The notes under the pieces are model-generated. The model made no database searches. It was not told the origin of the DNA and saw nothing but the letters and a program-made list of their open reading frames with translations. A stretch of 63,851 bases of DNA, taken from a virus (lineage: Duplodnaviria > Caudoviricetes). The stretch spans positions 1 to 63,851 of the IMG/VR virus record IMGVR_UViG_3300030419_006697; one strand, given 5' to 3'. This document shows positions 42,201 through 51,205 of this stretch, piece by piece. The stretch's first letter is position 1. Every line of letters starts with the position of its first letter. Made by a program: the position numbers and the translations under genes.

Positions 42201-42602
42201 ATGTCACAAAAAGATTTAAATAAAATAGCAAAGATAGAAAAGGCCATCGCTAAAAAGTTTGGCCAAGAAGCAATCATCAATCCCAAATCAAAATGGGACG
42301 ATGAAAAGGAGAAAGACTACCTTCAGCAATTAAAAGAGTTTTATTCAAAAAAACGCAAAAAAGCAGATAATAATGAGAAAATTAATGAAGAAGGTTTTTT
42401 ATTGTCTAAAAATCTAATTAATAAGGAAAGTAAACGAGTTTGCACTGCGTGTAGTGAATATTCGTTTAACATAAAAGACGATCTTTATATGAATAAGTTT
42501 GACTGTTGCTGGAAATGCTACATTCAATGGGTAGAAGATAGAGAAGAAAGATGGCTAAACGGCTGGAGACCTAACAATGAAATTAACAAGAACAAAACTT
42601 AA
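42201..42602 (+). CDS. Hypothetical protein with putative Zn-binding C-terminus
   Basis: CTAC...CCWKC cysteine cluster; ACTATTTA upstream. Confidence 0.6.
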   Translation: MSQKDLNKIAKIEKAIAKKFGQEAIINPKSKWDDEKEKDYLQQLKEFYSKKRKKADNNEKINEEGFLLSKNLINKESKRVCTACSEYSFNIKDDLYMNKFDCCWKCYIQWVEDREERWLNGWRPNNEINKNKT

Positions 42603-42831
42603 ACAACTTATCGAAGAAGAGATAAAATCAACCATGACTGAAATTAAACCAATGGCTAGAGTTACGGCAACACATGATTTACCGACGCGACCTGAAGATA
42701 CAGATATTAACAACAAGTTTGTAACAGCAATTGATCTTCTCAAGCGCACCGGTGACCCAAAGTTTGAGGAAACTCTTGAGCTAGTGCGTCAGGCCCAAGT
42801 GGCTTATCAGCAAGCATTACGAAGTGCATAG
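42577..42831 (+). CDS. Small hypothetical protein with MKLTRTKLKQLIEEEI N-terminus
   Basis: 84-aa ORF with AAGGA-type context absent but overlapping upstream gene; amphipathic N-terminal helix. Confidence 0.6.
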   Translation: MKLTRTKLKQLIEEEIKSTMTEIKPMARVTATHDLPTRPEDTDINNKFVTAIDLLKRTGDPKFEETLELVRQAQVAYQQALRSA

Positions 42832-42855
42832 AATTAACAATAGGAGCAAAACTAA

Positions 42856-43398
42856 ATGGCTACAGTATATGACATAGTAAGAGGAATCAATCAAGCAGCA
42901 GCAAATGCTTATGATGGTTCGCACGATGAGAGATTTGTTGAAGAAGATGAAGACAAAGTTGTAGGTCTTAAAAGAGAACAAGGATGCGCTATTAATGATT
43001 CTAGAGTTATGGACGGATTTAATGTTCGAATGAGTGGCCCAAAGCTAATTGTCTCCTATCAGTCAGAGATGCCTATGTCTGCTTTTCATAATACGAAACT
43101 TGATCAAGAACTTGAGCAGATTTATGCTGACATTATTAAGTTTCTGAAAAAGGAATTTAAGAAAGTAACCGGCGACACCCTCTCTCTTAAAGAAGATGGT
43201 CCGTGTGACTTTATACTTCAAAATATGTCTCGAATTAGAACTTGGGTGCAATGTACAAAGACATACACAGTTGGCAATATGACAGATGTCATTGAGGTTG
43301 GAGAGCCTTCAGAAGATCGATTAGAAGACAATTTCCGTAAGTTTCTTGAGTTAAGCACAGACAAAAAGCCAGAGAATGTAACTAGAAAAGATGCCTAA
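42856..43398 (+). CDS. Hypothetical protein upstream of terminase
   Basis: 180 aa, AGGAG RBS, TAATG-coupled to terminase. Confidence 0.65.
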   Translation: MATVYDIVRGINQAAANAYDGSHDERFVEEDEDKVVGLKREQGCAINDSRVMDGFNVRMSGPKLIVSYQSEMPMSAFHNTKLDQELEQIYADIIKFLKKEFKKVTGDTLSLKEDGPCDFILQNMSRIRTWVQCTKTYTVGNMTDVIEVGEPSEDRLEDNFRKFLELSTDKKPENVTRKDA

Positions 43399-44975
43399 TG
43401 GCCTACAAACTCACCAAAGAAAAAATAGTCAAAGAGATAGTCAAATCTGGTAAGAAACCAGTTTATTTTATCAACACTTACGCCAAGATTCCTCATCCCG
43501 GCAAAGGCTTAATCCCATTTAAAACATACGATTTTCAAGGAGATTTAGTAGATAATCTTGCCCTTCATCGATTTATTATAGTTTTAAAAGCACGACAGTT
43601 AGGGATCTCAACAATTACGGCAGCTTATATTGCGTGGCTTGTATTGTTTCATCGTGACAAAAATGTTTTAATTGTTGCAACTAAACTGTCAACAGCTGCG
43701 AACTTGGTAAAAAAAGTAAAAGTAATTCTTAAAAACCTTCCTGAATGGATTCGGATTGCAGATTTTGCTGTTGATAACAAGAACAGTATCGAGTTAAGTA
43801 ATGGAAGTCAAGTCAAAGCATCATCAACTTCTGGCGATGCTGGGCGTTCAGAGGCACTATCACTTCTTGTTATTGATGAGGCAGCACATATTGACGGACT
43901 TGGCGATTTGTGGACTGGTCTTTATCCTACAATCTCTACTGGTGGCCGATGTATTGCTATTTCAACTCCAAATGGCGTTGGTGATTGGTTTCACGAAACA
44001 TATGTTGGAGCGGAAAGCGGAGATAATGAATTCTTTCCTGTAAGTCTAAAATGGGACGCCCATCCGGATAGAGATCAAAAGTGGTTTGAAATTGAAACAA
44101 AGAATATGAGCAAAAGACAAATTGCTCAAGAATATGAATGCAACTTTAATACTTCAGGTGATACCGTTGTACATCCAGATGATATTATGCGTATTAAAGG
44201 AATGATTAAAGAACCGACTCATCGTGTTGGGTTTGATAGAAATACTTGGATTTGGGAAGAGCCGAAAAATGAAAACACATATTTACTGGTTGCCGATGTG
44301 GCTAGAGGCGACGGTGCTGATTCTAGCACATTTCACGTCTTTAAATTAGAAACAATGGAAATAATTTGTGAATACAAAGGAAAGCCTACTCCTGATATAT
44401 TTGCCGAAATTGTTCACACAACTGGTTTACAATATAACACAGCAATGGTTGTAATAGAAAACAATTCTGTTGGGTTCCACGTATTGGAAAAATTAAAAAA
44501 TCGAGGATATTCTAATATATATCATTCTAAAAAAGGTACCCATCAATACGTTGAACAATATGCAGCTGAAGGCAATTCAGCAGTAGTTCCAGGTTTTACC
44601 ACTTCAATGAAAACAAGGCCTTTGATTATTGCTAAATTTGAAGAGTTTATAAGAAATAAAGTTTTAACTATTTATTCTAGAAGATTGGCAAACGAATTGG
44701 ACACTTTTATTTGGAAAAACGGGAGACCAGAGGCTCAAAGAAGCTATAATGATGATTTGATTATGGCCTGCGCAATTGGCTGCTGGGTAAGAGATACTGC
44801 AATTATTGAAAATAAAAGGGATGTTGAGTATAAAAAAGCATTTTTAAATGCTATAATAACCAATAAAACTACTTTAGATACAAGAGTGCCGGGTCAAGCA
44901 AAGCCAAACATACAAGATAGAGCATTTGATGAGCGTAAAAAAATGAAAGACCTTGCTTGGATATTCAAAGGATAA
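43398..44975 (+). CDS. terL: Terminase large subunit (T4 gp17-like)
   Basis: KARQLGIST Walker A, LLVIDEAAHI Walker B, ISTPNG, nuclease ADVARGDGADSS and NDDLIMA. Confidence 0.95.
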   Translation: MAYKLTKEKIVKEIVKSGKKPVYFINTYAKIPHPGKGLIPFKTYDFQGDLVDNLALHRFIIVLKARQLGISTITAAYIAWLVLFHRDKNVLIVATKLSTAANLVKKVKVILKNLPEWIRIADFAVDNKNSIELSNGSQVKASSTSGDAGRSEALSLLVIDEAAHIDGLGDLWTGLYPTISTGGRCIAISTPNGVGDWFHETYVGAESGDNEFFPVSLKWDAHPDRDQKWFEIETKNMSKRQIAQEYECNFNTSGDTVVHPDDIMRIKGMIKEPTHRVGFDRNTWIWEEPKNENTYLLVADVARGDGADSSTFHVFKLETMEIICEYKGKPTPDIFAEIVHTTGLQYNTAMVVIENNSVGFHVLEKLKNRGYSNIYHSKKGTHQYVEQYAAEGNSAVVPGFTTSMKTRPLIIAKFEEFIRNKVLTIYSRRLANELDTFIWKNGRPEAQRSYNDDLIMACAIGCWVRDTAIIENKRDVEYKKAFLNAIITNKTTLDTRVPGQAKPNIQDRAFDERKKMKDLAWIFKG

Positions 44976-44978
44976 CAA

Positions 44979-46928
44979 ATGGCTGATAACAAAAATACTA
45001 GAAATCCTGATTCACCGTTGTTCAAAAGATTAACGCGCCTATTTTCAGGTCCAATAATCAATTATAGAACACAAAACACAAGACAATTGCGACGCCGGCG
45101 CCTCGACAAGTATGCAAGAACATTCAAAGATGTAGCAGGGCAAAAGTTTGAGCGCGCCGGCTACAATCCATTAGACAACTTTTCTTCTTACAATATGGAT
45201 ACTCAAAGTCGGCTCACTCGTTATGCCGATTTTGATCAAATGGAATATATGCCGGAATTAGCATCTGCTTTGGATATTTACGCTGACGAGATGACTACTT
45301 TTAATGTCTATAATAGAATGTTGAGAATTCAATGTCCGGACGAAGAAATTAAACAAATCCTTGAAACTTTATATTACAAGGTATTGAATATTGAATTTAA
45401 TCTTTTTGGCTGGTCGCGAACTATGTGTAAATATGGAGATTTTTATCTCTATTTAGACATTGATGCCCATTCCGGTGTCAAAAACGCTATTGGCCTGCCT
45501 TCGCGAGATATAGAAAGAATAGAAGGCCAAGATAAAAATAATCCAAATTATATCCAATATCAATGGAACAGTGCTGGTGTCACATTTGAAAACTGGCAAG
45601 TGGCACATTTTAGAATTTTAGGAAATGATAAATTTGCGCCATATGGCACTTCTGTCTTGGACTCATCCAGAAGAATATGGAGACAATTAATATTACTAGA
45701 AGATGCAATGATGGCCTATCGCATTGTTCGTTCGCCCGAAAGAAGAGTGTTTTATGTAGATGTCGGGAATATTCCAGCACAGGATGTTGAACAATTTATG
45801 CAGCGTTTTATCACCTCTATGAAACGCAATCAGGTAGTTGATCCAGATACTGGTCGCGTAGACTTGCGTTATAATCCTATGTCCGTAGAGGAGGATTATT
45901 TTATTCCTACACGCGGCGATTCCAAAACGGAAATTGTTTCATTGCCAGGCGGCGCGTATACTGCTGACATTGATGATGTTAAGTATTTGCGTGAAAAACT
46001 CTTTGCTGGAATCAAAATACCACAATCTTATTTGGTAAGAGGCGAGGGCGGCGAAGAGGATAAGGGAGCTTTGGCTCAAAAGGACATTCGCTTTGCAAGA
46101 ACAGTTCAAAGACTGCAGCGTTCAATAATATCAGAATTGGAAAAAATAGCCACTGTTCATCTTTATACATTAGGCTTTAGAGGGGATGATCTTATCAGTT
46201 TTACTTTAAGATTAAATAATCCATCTAAAATATCTGAACTACAAGAACTGGAAACTTGGGACAAGAAGTTTTCTGTGGCCACTGCGGCTACAGAAGGATA
46301 TTTCTCCAAACGTTGGATTGCTCATAACTTATTTGACATATCTGATGAAGAATTCTTACGTAATCAGCGTGAACTGTTTTATGATCGCAAGATTGCTACA
46401 CAACTCGATCAAGTTGCCGAAGAAGCAGCTGCAGGAGCTGTGGGCGGACTAGGCGGTGAGTTTGCCGACGAAGAATTTGGCGAGTTGGGCGCTGAAGAAG
46501 AGCTTGATCTTGAAGAGCCAGCCGCTGAAGAAGCACCAGCCGAAGAAGAGCCAGGCGAAGCAGCTCTTTTAGGAGCACCAGATATGCCAGCTGGTAAACG
46601 CGATGATAAACCAACAGTTTATCAAGCTACTGATGGAAGAACAACAACCAAAAAATCTAAACACAAAATGTACAGGCCGGTTAAACACGATAAGCGAAAG
46701 AGCGCAGGACCGCGCTCACGTCAAATGAAAGCACTTTCAGGTCACGAAATAGCAAGAATGCCCTCTCGTCAAGTGAGAATGAACCTACCAGCTGGCGCCA
46801 AAGAGCTGCTTGGTCTAGGCAATGGCATTTTTGAGAATAAAGAAACTAATTATGACAAAGAAGAGAAAGAAATATTCGAAGTAAAAGAAGAAGTAAAGAA
46901 GATTTTTGAAGATTTGGAGCGCATATAA
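44979..46928 (+). CDS. Portal protein (T4 gp20-like) with acidic/basic C-terminal extension
   Basis: LLEDAMMAYRIVRSPERRVFYVDVGN, EEDYFIP.RG, DIDDVKY motifs. Confidence 0.95.
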   Translation: MADNKNTRNPDSPLFKRLTRLFSGPIINYRTQNTRQLRRRRLDKYARTFKDVAGQKFERAGYNPLDNFSSYNMDTQSRLTRYADFDQMEYMPELASALDIYADEMTTFNVYNRMLRIQCPDEEIKQILETLYYKVLNIEFNLFGWSRTMCKYGDFYLYLDIDAHSGVKNAIGLPSRDIERIEGQDKNNPNYIQYQWNSAGVTFENWQVAHFRILGNDKFAPYGTSVLDSSRRIWRQLILLEDAMMAYRIVRSPERRVFYVDVGNIPAQDVEQFMQRFITSMKRNQVVDPDTGRVDLRYNPMSVEEDYFIPTRGDSKTEIVSLPGGAYTADIDDVKYLREKLFAGIKIPQSYLVRGEGGEEDKGALAQKDIRFARTVQRLQRSIISELEKIATVHLYTLGFRGDDLISFTLRLNNPSKISELQELETWDKKFSVATAATEGYFSKRWIAHNLFDISDEEFLRNQRELFYDRKIATQLDQVAEEAAAGAVGGLGGEFADEEFGELGAEEELDLEEPAAEEAPAEEEPGEAALLGAPDMPAGKRDDKPTVYQATDGRTTTKKSKHKMYRPVKHDKRKSAGPRSRQMKALSGHEIARMPSRQVRMNLPAGAKELLGLGNGIFENKETNYDKEEKEIFEVKEEVKKIFEDLERI

Positions 46929-47740
46929 TGATCAAGCACAATAAAAAAAGAAACACTGCCTTTATTTATGAAGCTCTAGTAAGAGAGGTCGTAAAGCAGT
47001 CAATTAACAAAAACAATGTAAAAAGAGATATCACCATTAAGATCATTAAAGAAAGTTTTTCAAATGGCTCTCAACTCAAAAAAGAACTTAAACTTTACAA
47101 GACCCTTTTAGAAACTAGAAATCTAAATGAAAGAATTGCTGAAAAACTAATATTTGAAGTAGTCAAACAACATAAGACAATAAATCAAAAGCAATTATTT
47201 AAAGAGCAAAGCATTGTCATTTCAAAAATCAACAAGCAGATTTCGAAAAGCGTCTTTAATAATTTTGTTCCAAATTATAAAAACCTAGCTACAATAGCAC
47301 AAATGTTTGGCAACATTGATAGCCCAAAGGCAAAAGTACTGCTAGAGACAAAACTCATAGCTAACCTTACAGAAAAGAAACAAGCACCAGAACAGCAAGT
47401 CAAGGTCCCGGGCTTGGTTGTGAACACTTTTGTTAAGCGTTTCAATAATACATACGATGATCTCCTACAAGAACAAAAAGAACTATTATCAAAATATGCT
47501 ATGTCGTTTCAAGATAGTGGGACTGAATTTGCTTTCTATATTAACGAAGAGATTAACAGACTAAAGTCTTTTATTGCCGAGTCATATGATCTGGAAGAGA
47601 TAAAAGAAGATAAAAAATTAAAAGAAAAACTTACATCAGTGTCAAGCTTGCTGGAAGATATTAGCAAAGAGCCTTTAGACAAAAAGGCAATTCTTCAAAT
47701 AATGAAGATTCAAAACCTAGCGCAAGAGTTACAAAGTTAA
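46928..47740 (+). CDS. Hypothetical head-module protein
   Basis: 270-aa helical ORF TAATG-coupled to portal. Confidence 0.65.
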   Translation: MIKHNKKRNTAFIYEALVREVVKQSINKNNVKRDITIKIIKESFSNGSQLKKELKLYKTLLETRNLNERIAEKLIFEVVKQHKTINQKQLFKEQSIVISKINKQISKSVFNNFVPNYKNLATIAQMFGNIDSPKAKVLLETKLIANLTEKKQAPEQQVKVPGLVVNTFVKRFNNTYDDLLQEQKELLSKYAMSFQDSGTEFAFYINEEINRLKSFIAESYDLEEIKEDKKLKEKLTSVSSLLEDISKEPLDKKAILQIMKIQNLAQELQS

Positions 47741-48285
47741 TGTCCAAATTTACACTAACTGTAGACAAGCCCGATGCAATTGTTAATCTAAAAGCACGTA
47801 AAACAATTGCTGGCGATGTAATGATTTACGACCACCCAGAAATCGATATTGTAGTTTCTCCGAAACATAATAAGATATTTGCACTGGCCAAAAGAGAATA
47901 TGGCGATCACGTATACGCCACTCAATCCAGAATGTTTGAATTTCTCTCCAAAAGAGGCGTCGTTGATTCAGCTTTAATAAGAGGGGGTAACGTCTTTGGC
48001 TCTTTAGAGGCACCAGTACTGGTAGCAGAAGAAGCACAAAAAGACAAAGTTGATCCTTTACAAATAGCAATATATTCAATTGCAAAATTTTTACACGACG
48101 AGGCCCCAAGTGTTAAAGGCTATAAAGAATATGAGCAAGACTTTGACAAACAACTAACCGAGCCCGATGACGAAGACACCACCGCTCTTGGTAAAATTCC
48201 ACACGAACCAAGACAAGGCACAAACAATACATATCCAGGCTCTACTGCGGCTTATGGATTGGTTGGCTATTACTACGAGGAATAA
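47740..48285 (+). CDS. Hypothetical head-module protein
   Basis: 181-aa ORF, TAATG-coupled. Confidence 0.65.
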   Translation: MSKFTLTVDKPDAIVNLKARKTIAGDVMIYDHPEIDIVVSPKHNKIFALAKREYGDHVYATQSRMFEFLSKRGVVDSALIRGGNVFGSLEAPVLVAEEAQKDKVDPLQIAIYSIAKFLHDEAPSVKGYKEYEQDFDKQLTEPDDEDTTALGKIPHEPRQGTNNTYPGSTAAYGLVGYYYEE

Positions 48286-48642
48286 ATGGATTTATTATAT
48301 TTTGTTTTATGTTCTTATGGCATGACCATGATTATAGTTTATGGTTCTATTTTTAGAGGTATAAAGCCAGCACCAGACTGGTTGAGAGGTTTCGGGCAGC
48401 TTTTCTATTGCCCTCTATGTATGGGTTTTTGGGTAGGCTCGTTTTTATTTTGCATTAACAAATGGACGGAACTATTTACATTTGAATACACATTAGCCAA
48501 TTTTTTGATTTTAAGTTGTGTAAGTTCTGGTACAAGTTATTTGTTGGCTATGTTGATAGGGGATATGGGTATTAGAGCTGAAGCGCGCACGTATTCAAAC
48601 AGCGAGGTAATACATCACAATGCTTATACAGAATCAGAATAA
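48286..48642 (+). CDS. Membrane protein with CPxCxGFW motif (DUF1360-like)
   Basis: Three hydrophobic segments and FYCPLCMGFWVG. Confidence 0.6.
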   Translation: MDLLYFVLCSYGMTMIIVYGSIFRGIKPAPDWLRGFGQLFYCPLCMGFWVGSFLFCINKWTELFTFEYTLANFLILSCVSSGTSYLLAMLIGDMGIRAEARTYSNSEVIHHNAYTESE

Positions 48643-48742
48643 AAAATGGAAACTGCAGCCTGTTCGTAGATGTTGCAGCGGTTCTAATATCAAGCGGGTG
48701 GCGCCCGCTACAAGGAAATATCAATGTCTAAACAACTTTTAA
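48620..48742 (+). CDS. Possible 40-aa peptide MLIQNQNKKWKLQPVRRCCSGS..., not in ORF track
   Basis: GAGGT ~11 nt before ATG 48620; open to TAA 48740-48742; bridges the DUF1360-like and protease genes. Confidence 0.3.
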   Translation: MLIQNQNKKWKLQPVRRCCSGSNIKRVAPATRKYQCLNNF

Positions 48743-49374
48743 GAGAATTTTTTGAACTCAAGTGTGACGATCGCGGCTGTCAAGATCTTTTGACCGAGGG
48801 CGAAAAGAAGATGGCAAATGAAGGGTTTACTATATTTCCAGCCAAATTGCAACAATGCGATGTGAGAAATGGCAATGGTAGATCATATCCACGCGACATT
48901 TTAGAACGAGAGATTGAAAATTATCAAAAGCTGGTAAGAGAAAATAGAGCAATTGGCGAGTGCGATCACCCGGACGATAGTGTAATTAATCTTAAAAACG
49001 CTTCTCATATGGTCACTCGCATTTGGTGGGAAGGAGATTCTGTTCTAGGGACAATTAAGGTTTTAAAAACACCAGCTGGCAATATTCTTAAAGGTTTGTA
49101 TGAAAGCGGAGTTTTGTTTGGCTTTTCTTCAAGAGCAATGGGCTCACTGCAAGAAGGTCAAGATGATCAAGGCCCAATACAGGTTGTGCAAGACGACCTT
49201 CAGCTTATTTGTTTTGATGCAGTATCGGAACCTTCTTCTCCACAAGCTTATTATCTAGAGCCGCATTATGATCAAGTTAAGTTAAATGTTACCGAGGGAA
49301 ACAAGCATTTAAATAATTTTTTCACCAAGAGTGATAAAATCAATCGCGCATTAAACGAAATCCTCCGAGGTTAA
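48724..49374 (+). CDS. Prohead core protease (T4 gp21-like)
   Basis: NGNGRSYP, GECDHP, ASHMV, GFSSRAMGS (catalytic Ser), FDAVSEPS. Confidence 0.93.
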   Translation: MSKQLLREFFELKCDDRGCQDLLTEGEKKMANEGFTIFPAKLQQCDVRNGNGRSYPRDILEREIENYQKLVRENRAIGECDHPDDSVINLKNASHMVTRIWWEGDSVLGTIKVLKTPAGNILKGLYESGVLFGFSSRAMGSLQEGQDDQGPIQVVQDDLQLICFDAVSEPSSPQAYYLEPHYDQVKLNVTEGNKHLNNFFTKSDKINRALNEILRG

Positions 49375-49375
49375 A

Positions 49376-49819
49376 ATGAAAAAATCCCAATTAAAACAAA
49401 TCCTTAAACCTATTGTAAAAGAATGTATTAATGAGGCTCTAATAGAACAAGGCCTTCTTTCTAATATTATTGCTGAAGTGGTAAAAGGATTACAACCTAT
49501 CCATACACAGCCTTCTGTTGCCGTGCCAAGTAAACAGCTGGTATTTCAGCAACAACAGCTGAAAGAGCAAAGAATGCAACTTGAAGCAGATAAACAACAG
49601 CAATTAAAAGAACAAAAAAGAAAGCTATTAAACGCAGCTGGGTTTGGAACTGATATTTTTGCTGGTACGGAGCCAATCTCCGGAGGCATTACAGCTGAAA
49701 GCAAAGATCCATCAAGCGGCCAAGCTGGCGCCTTATCTGGCGTAGCTCCAAATGATCCCGGCGTTGATATTGCCGGTATTATGGCTCTTGGCGGAAGAGA
49801 CTGGAGCAAAATGATTTAA
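49376..49819 (+). CDS. Hypothetical head-module protein (MKKSQLKQILKPIVKECINE N-terminus)
   Basis: 147-aa ORF between protease and bS21. Confidence 0.65.
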   Translation: MKKSQLKQILKPIVKECINEALIEQGLLSNIIAEVVKGLQPIHTQPSVAVPSKQLVFQQQQLKEQRMQLEADKQQQLKEQKRKLLNAAGFGTDIFAGTEPISGGITAESKDPSSGQAGALSGVAPNDPGVDIAGIMALGGRDWSKMI

Positions 49820-49838
49820 TAAAAAGCAGGAGTGAATT

Positions 49839-50063
49839 ATGGGTAACAAAAGACCAGTTATAGTAGAAGTTCGCGCCAAATATCTTGATGAGCCAATTGA
49901 AAGAATGATCAAGCGTTTTAGCAAAAAAGTAAAAAAACAAAGAATTAAGGAAGGTTGCGTAGAGCGAAGAAGATTTACAAAACCCTCTGATGAGCGACGT
50001 TTACAGAAAAAGCGTCGTAAAAAAATATTACAAAAACTACAATCAACAAAAAAGCGTTTTTAA
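49839..50063 (+). CDS. rpsU: Phage-encoded ribosomal protein bS21 homologue
   Basis: 74 aa, very basic; V.V....E.IERMIKRFSKKV......E...RRRFTKPSDERR fits the S21 pattern (E...AL.RFK.....F.KPS..R). Confidence 0.85.
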   Translation: MGNKRPVIVEVRAKYLDEPIERMIKRFSKKVKKQRIKEGCVERRRFTKPSDERRLQKKRRKKILQKLQSTKKRF

Positions 50064-50133
50064 AGACTGGTGTAACTATAAGGTATTTCCTGGTTTTATA
50101 TACTAATTAATGTTAGCAATAAGGAGAGAGCAT

Positions 50134-51183
50134 ATGTCCTCAATGTTAGAGCAAGCCATTATCGATGCCGAGCAATTAAAAGAAACAGCCAAAGCAACTG
50201 CTGAAGAAGCAATAGTTGAGAAATATCAACACGAAGTCAAAGAAGCGATTGATAAAATTCTAGAGCAAGAGGAGCTTGACCTAGGAGAGGATACAGAGAC
50301 AGCTGGAATGGTCATCGACCCAGAAGGCAATCTTGAAATCATTGAGGATTTACCAGCAGCACAAACTGCTGATATGGAAGAAGTAGTTGAGATTGACCTT
50401 AATAAGCTGGAAGAAATGATGGCCGAAGAGTTAGAAGAGGGCGAACTCGACCCAGCTGATATGCTTCAACGCGAAGAAGTCGCTGAAGAACTTGAAGCAT
50501 TAACGGAAGATGAAGAAGAAGTTGATCTAGAAGAAAGCGATCTTATAGAATTAGCAGAAGAAGAACTGGAAGAAGAAATCGAACTTGATGAAGAAAATCT
50601 AGCTGCAATTATTGCCGAAATGCTTGGATCTGAAACAGAAGAACTTGAAGAGAGTGATGTAGTAGAGCCAAGTATTGAAGAAGAAGAGACAATAGAGGCA
50701 CTTCCCGCTCCAAAGCGCGATGAAAAAGCTAGGAAATTGGCACAAGAATCTAGACTGCTTAATAACAAAAACAAGCAGCTCTTAAAAGAGCAAAAAGAAC
50801 TTAATAATAAAGCCCGTCTACTACAAGAAAAAGTAGATAAGTACGGCACAGTCATTAATACGCTTAAAAATAAGCTTAATGAAAGCAACCTAACAAATGC
50901 TAGGTTGTTGTATCAAAACCGCATTTTAAGTAGCGTCTCCTTGAATGAGCGACAAAAAGATAAAATTGTCGAAGCTATCTCGAATGCAACTACAGTTGAA
51001 GAAGCAAAATTAATTTTTGAAACTCTTCAAAGTGCAGTGGGAAGTCTTAAAAACACAAAGACATCAGAATCACTGAACGAAGTTGTAACACGTAGCTCTT
51101 CAGCGTTTATTCCTCGTAAAGAGGTAAAACCCAAAACAGATGCTTTTTCTGAAAGGATGAGGCGTCTTGCAGGATTAAAATAG
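50134..51183 (+). CDS. Prohead scaffold/core protein (gp22-like)
   Basis: Very acidic middle, coiled coil, C-terminal ERMRRLAGLK; directly upstream of the capsid gene. Start moved to ATG 50134 (AAGGAG upstream). Confidence 0.8.
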   Translation: MSSMLEQAIIDAEQLKETAKATAEEAIVEKYQHEVKEAIDKILEQEELDLGEDTETAGMVIDPEGNLEIIEDLPAAQTADMEEVVEIDLNKLEEMMAEELEEGELDPADMLQREEVAEELEALTEDEEEVDLEESDLIELAEEELEEEIELDEENLAAIIAEMLGSETEELEESDVVEPSIEEEETIEALPAPKRDEKARKLAQESRLLNNKNKQLLKEQKELNNKARLLQEKVDKYGTVINTLKNKLNESNLTNARLLYQNRILSSVSLNERQKDKIVEAISNATTVEEAKLIFETLQSAVGSLKNTKTSESLNEVVTRSSSAFIPRKEVKPKTDAFSERMRRLAGLK

Positions 51184-51205
51184 AATAAACAAAGGAGATA
51201 AAATA

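Noticed and set aside
42856-43398. Terminase small subunit
   Set aside because: Position fits but no recognisable gp16 motif; left hypothetical.
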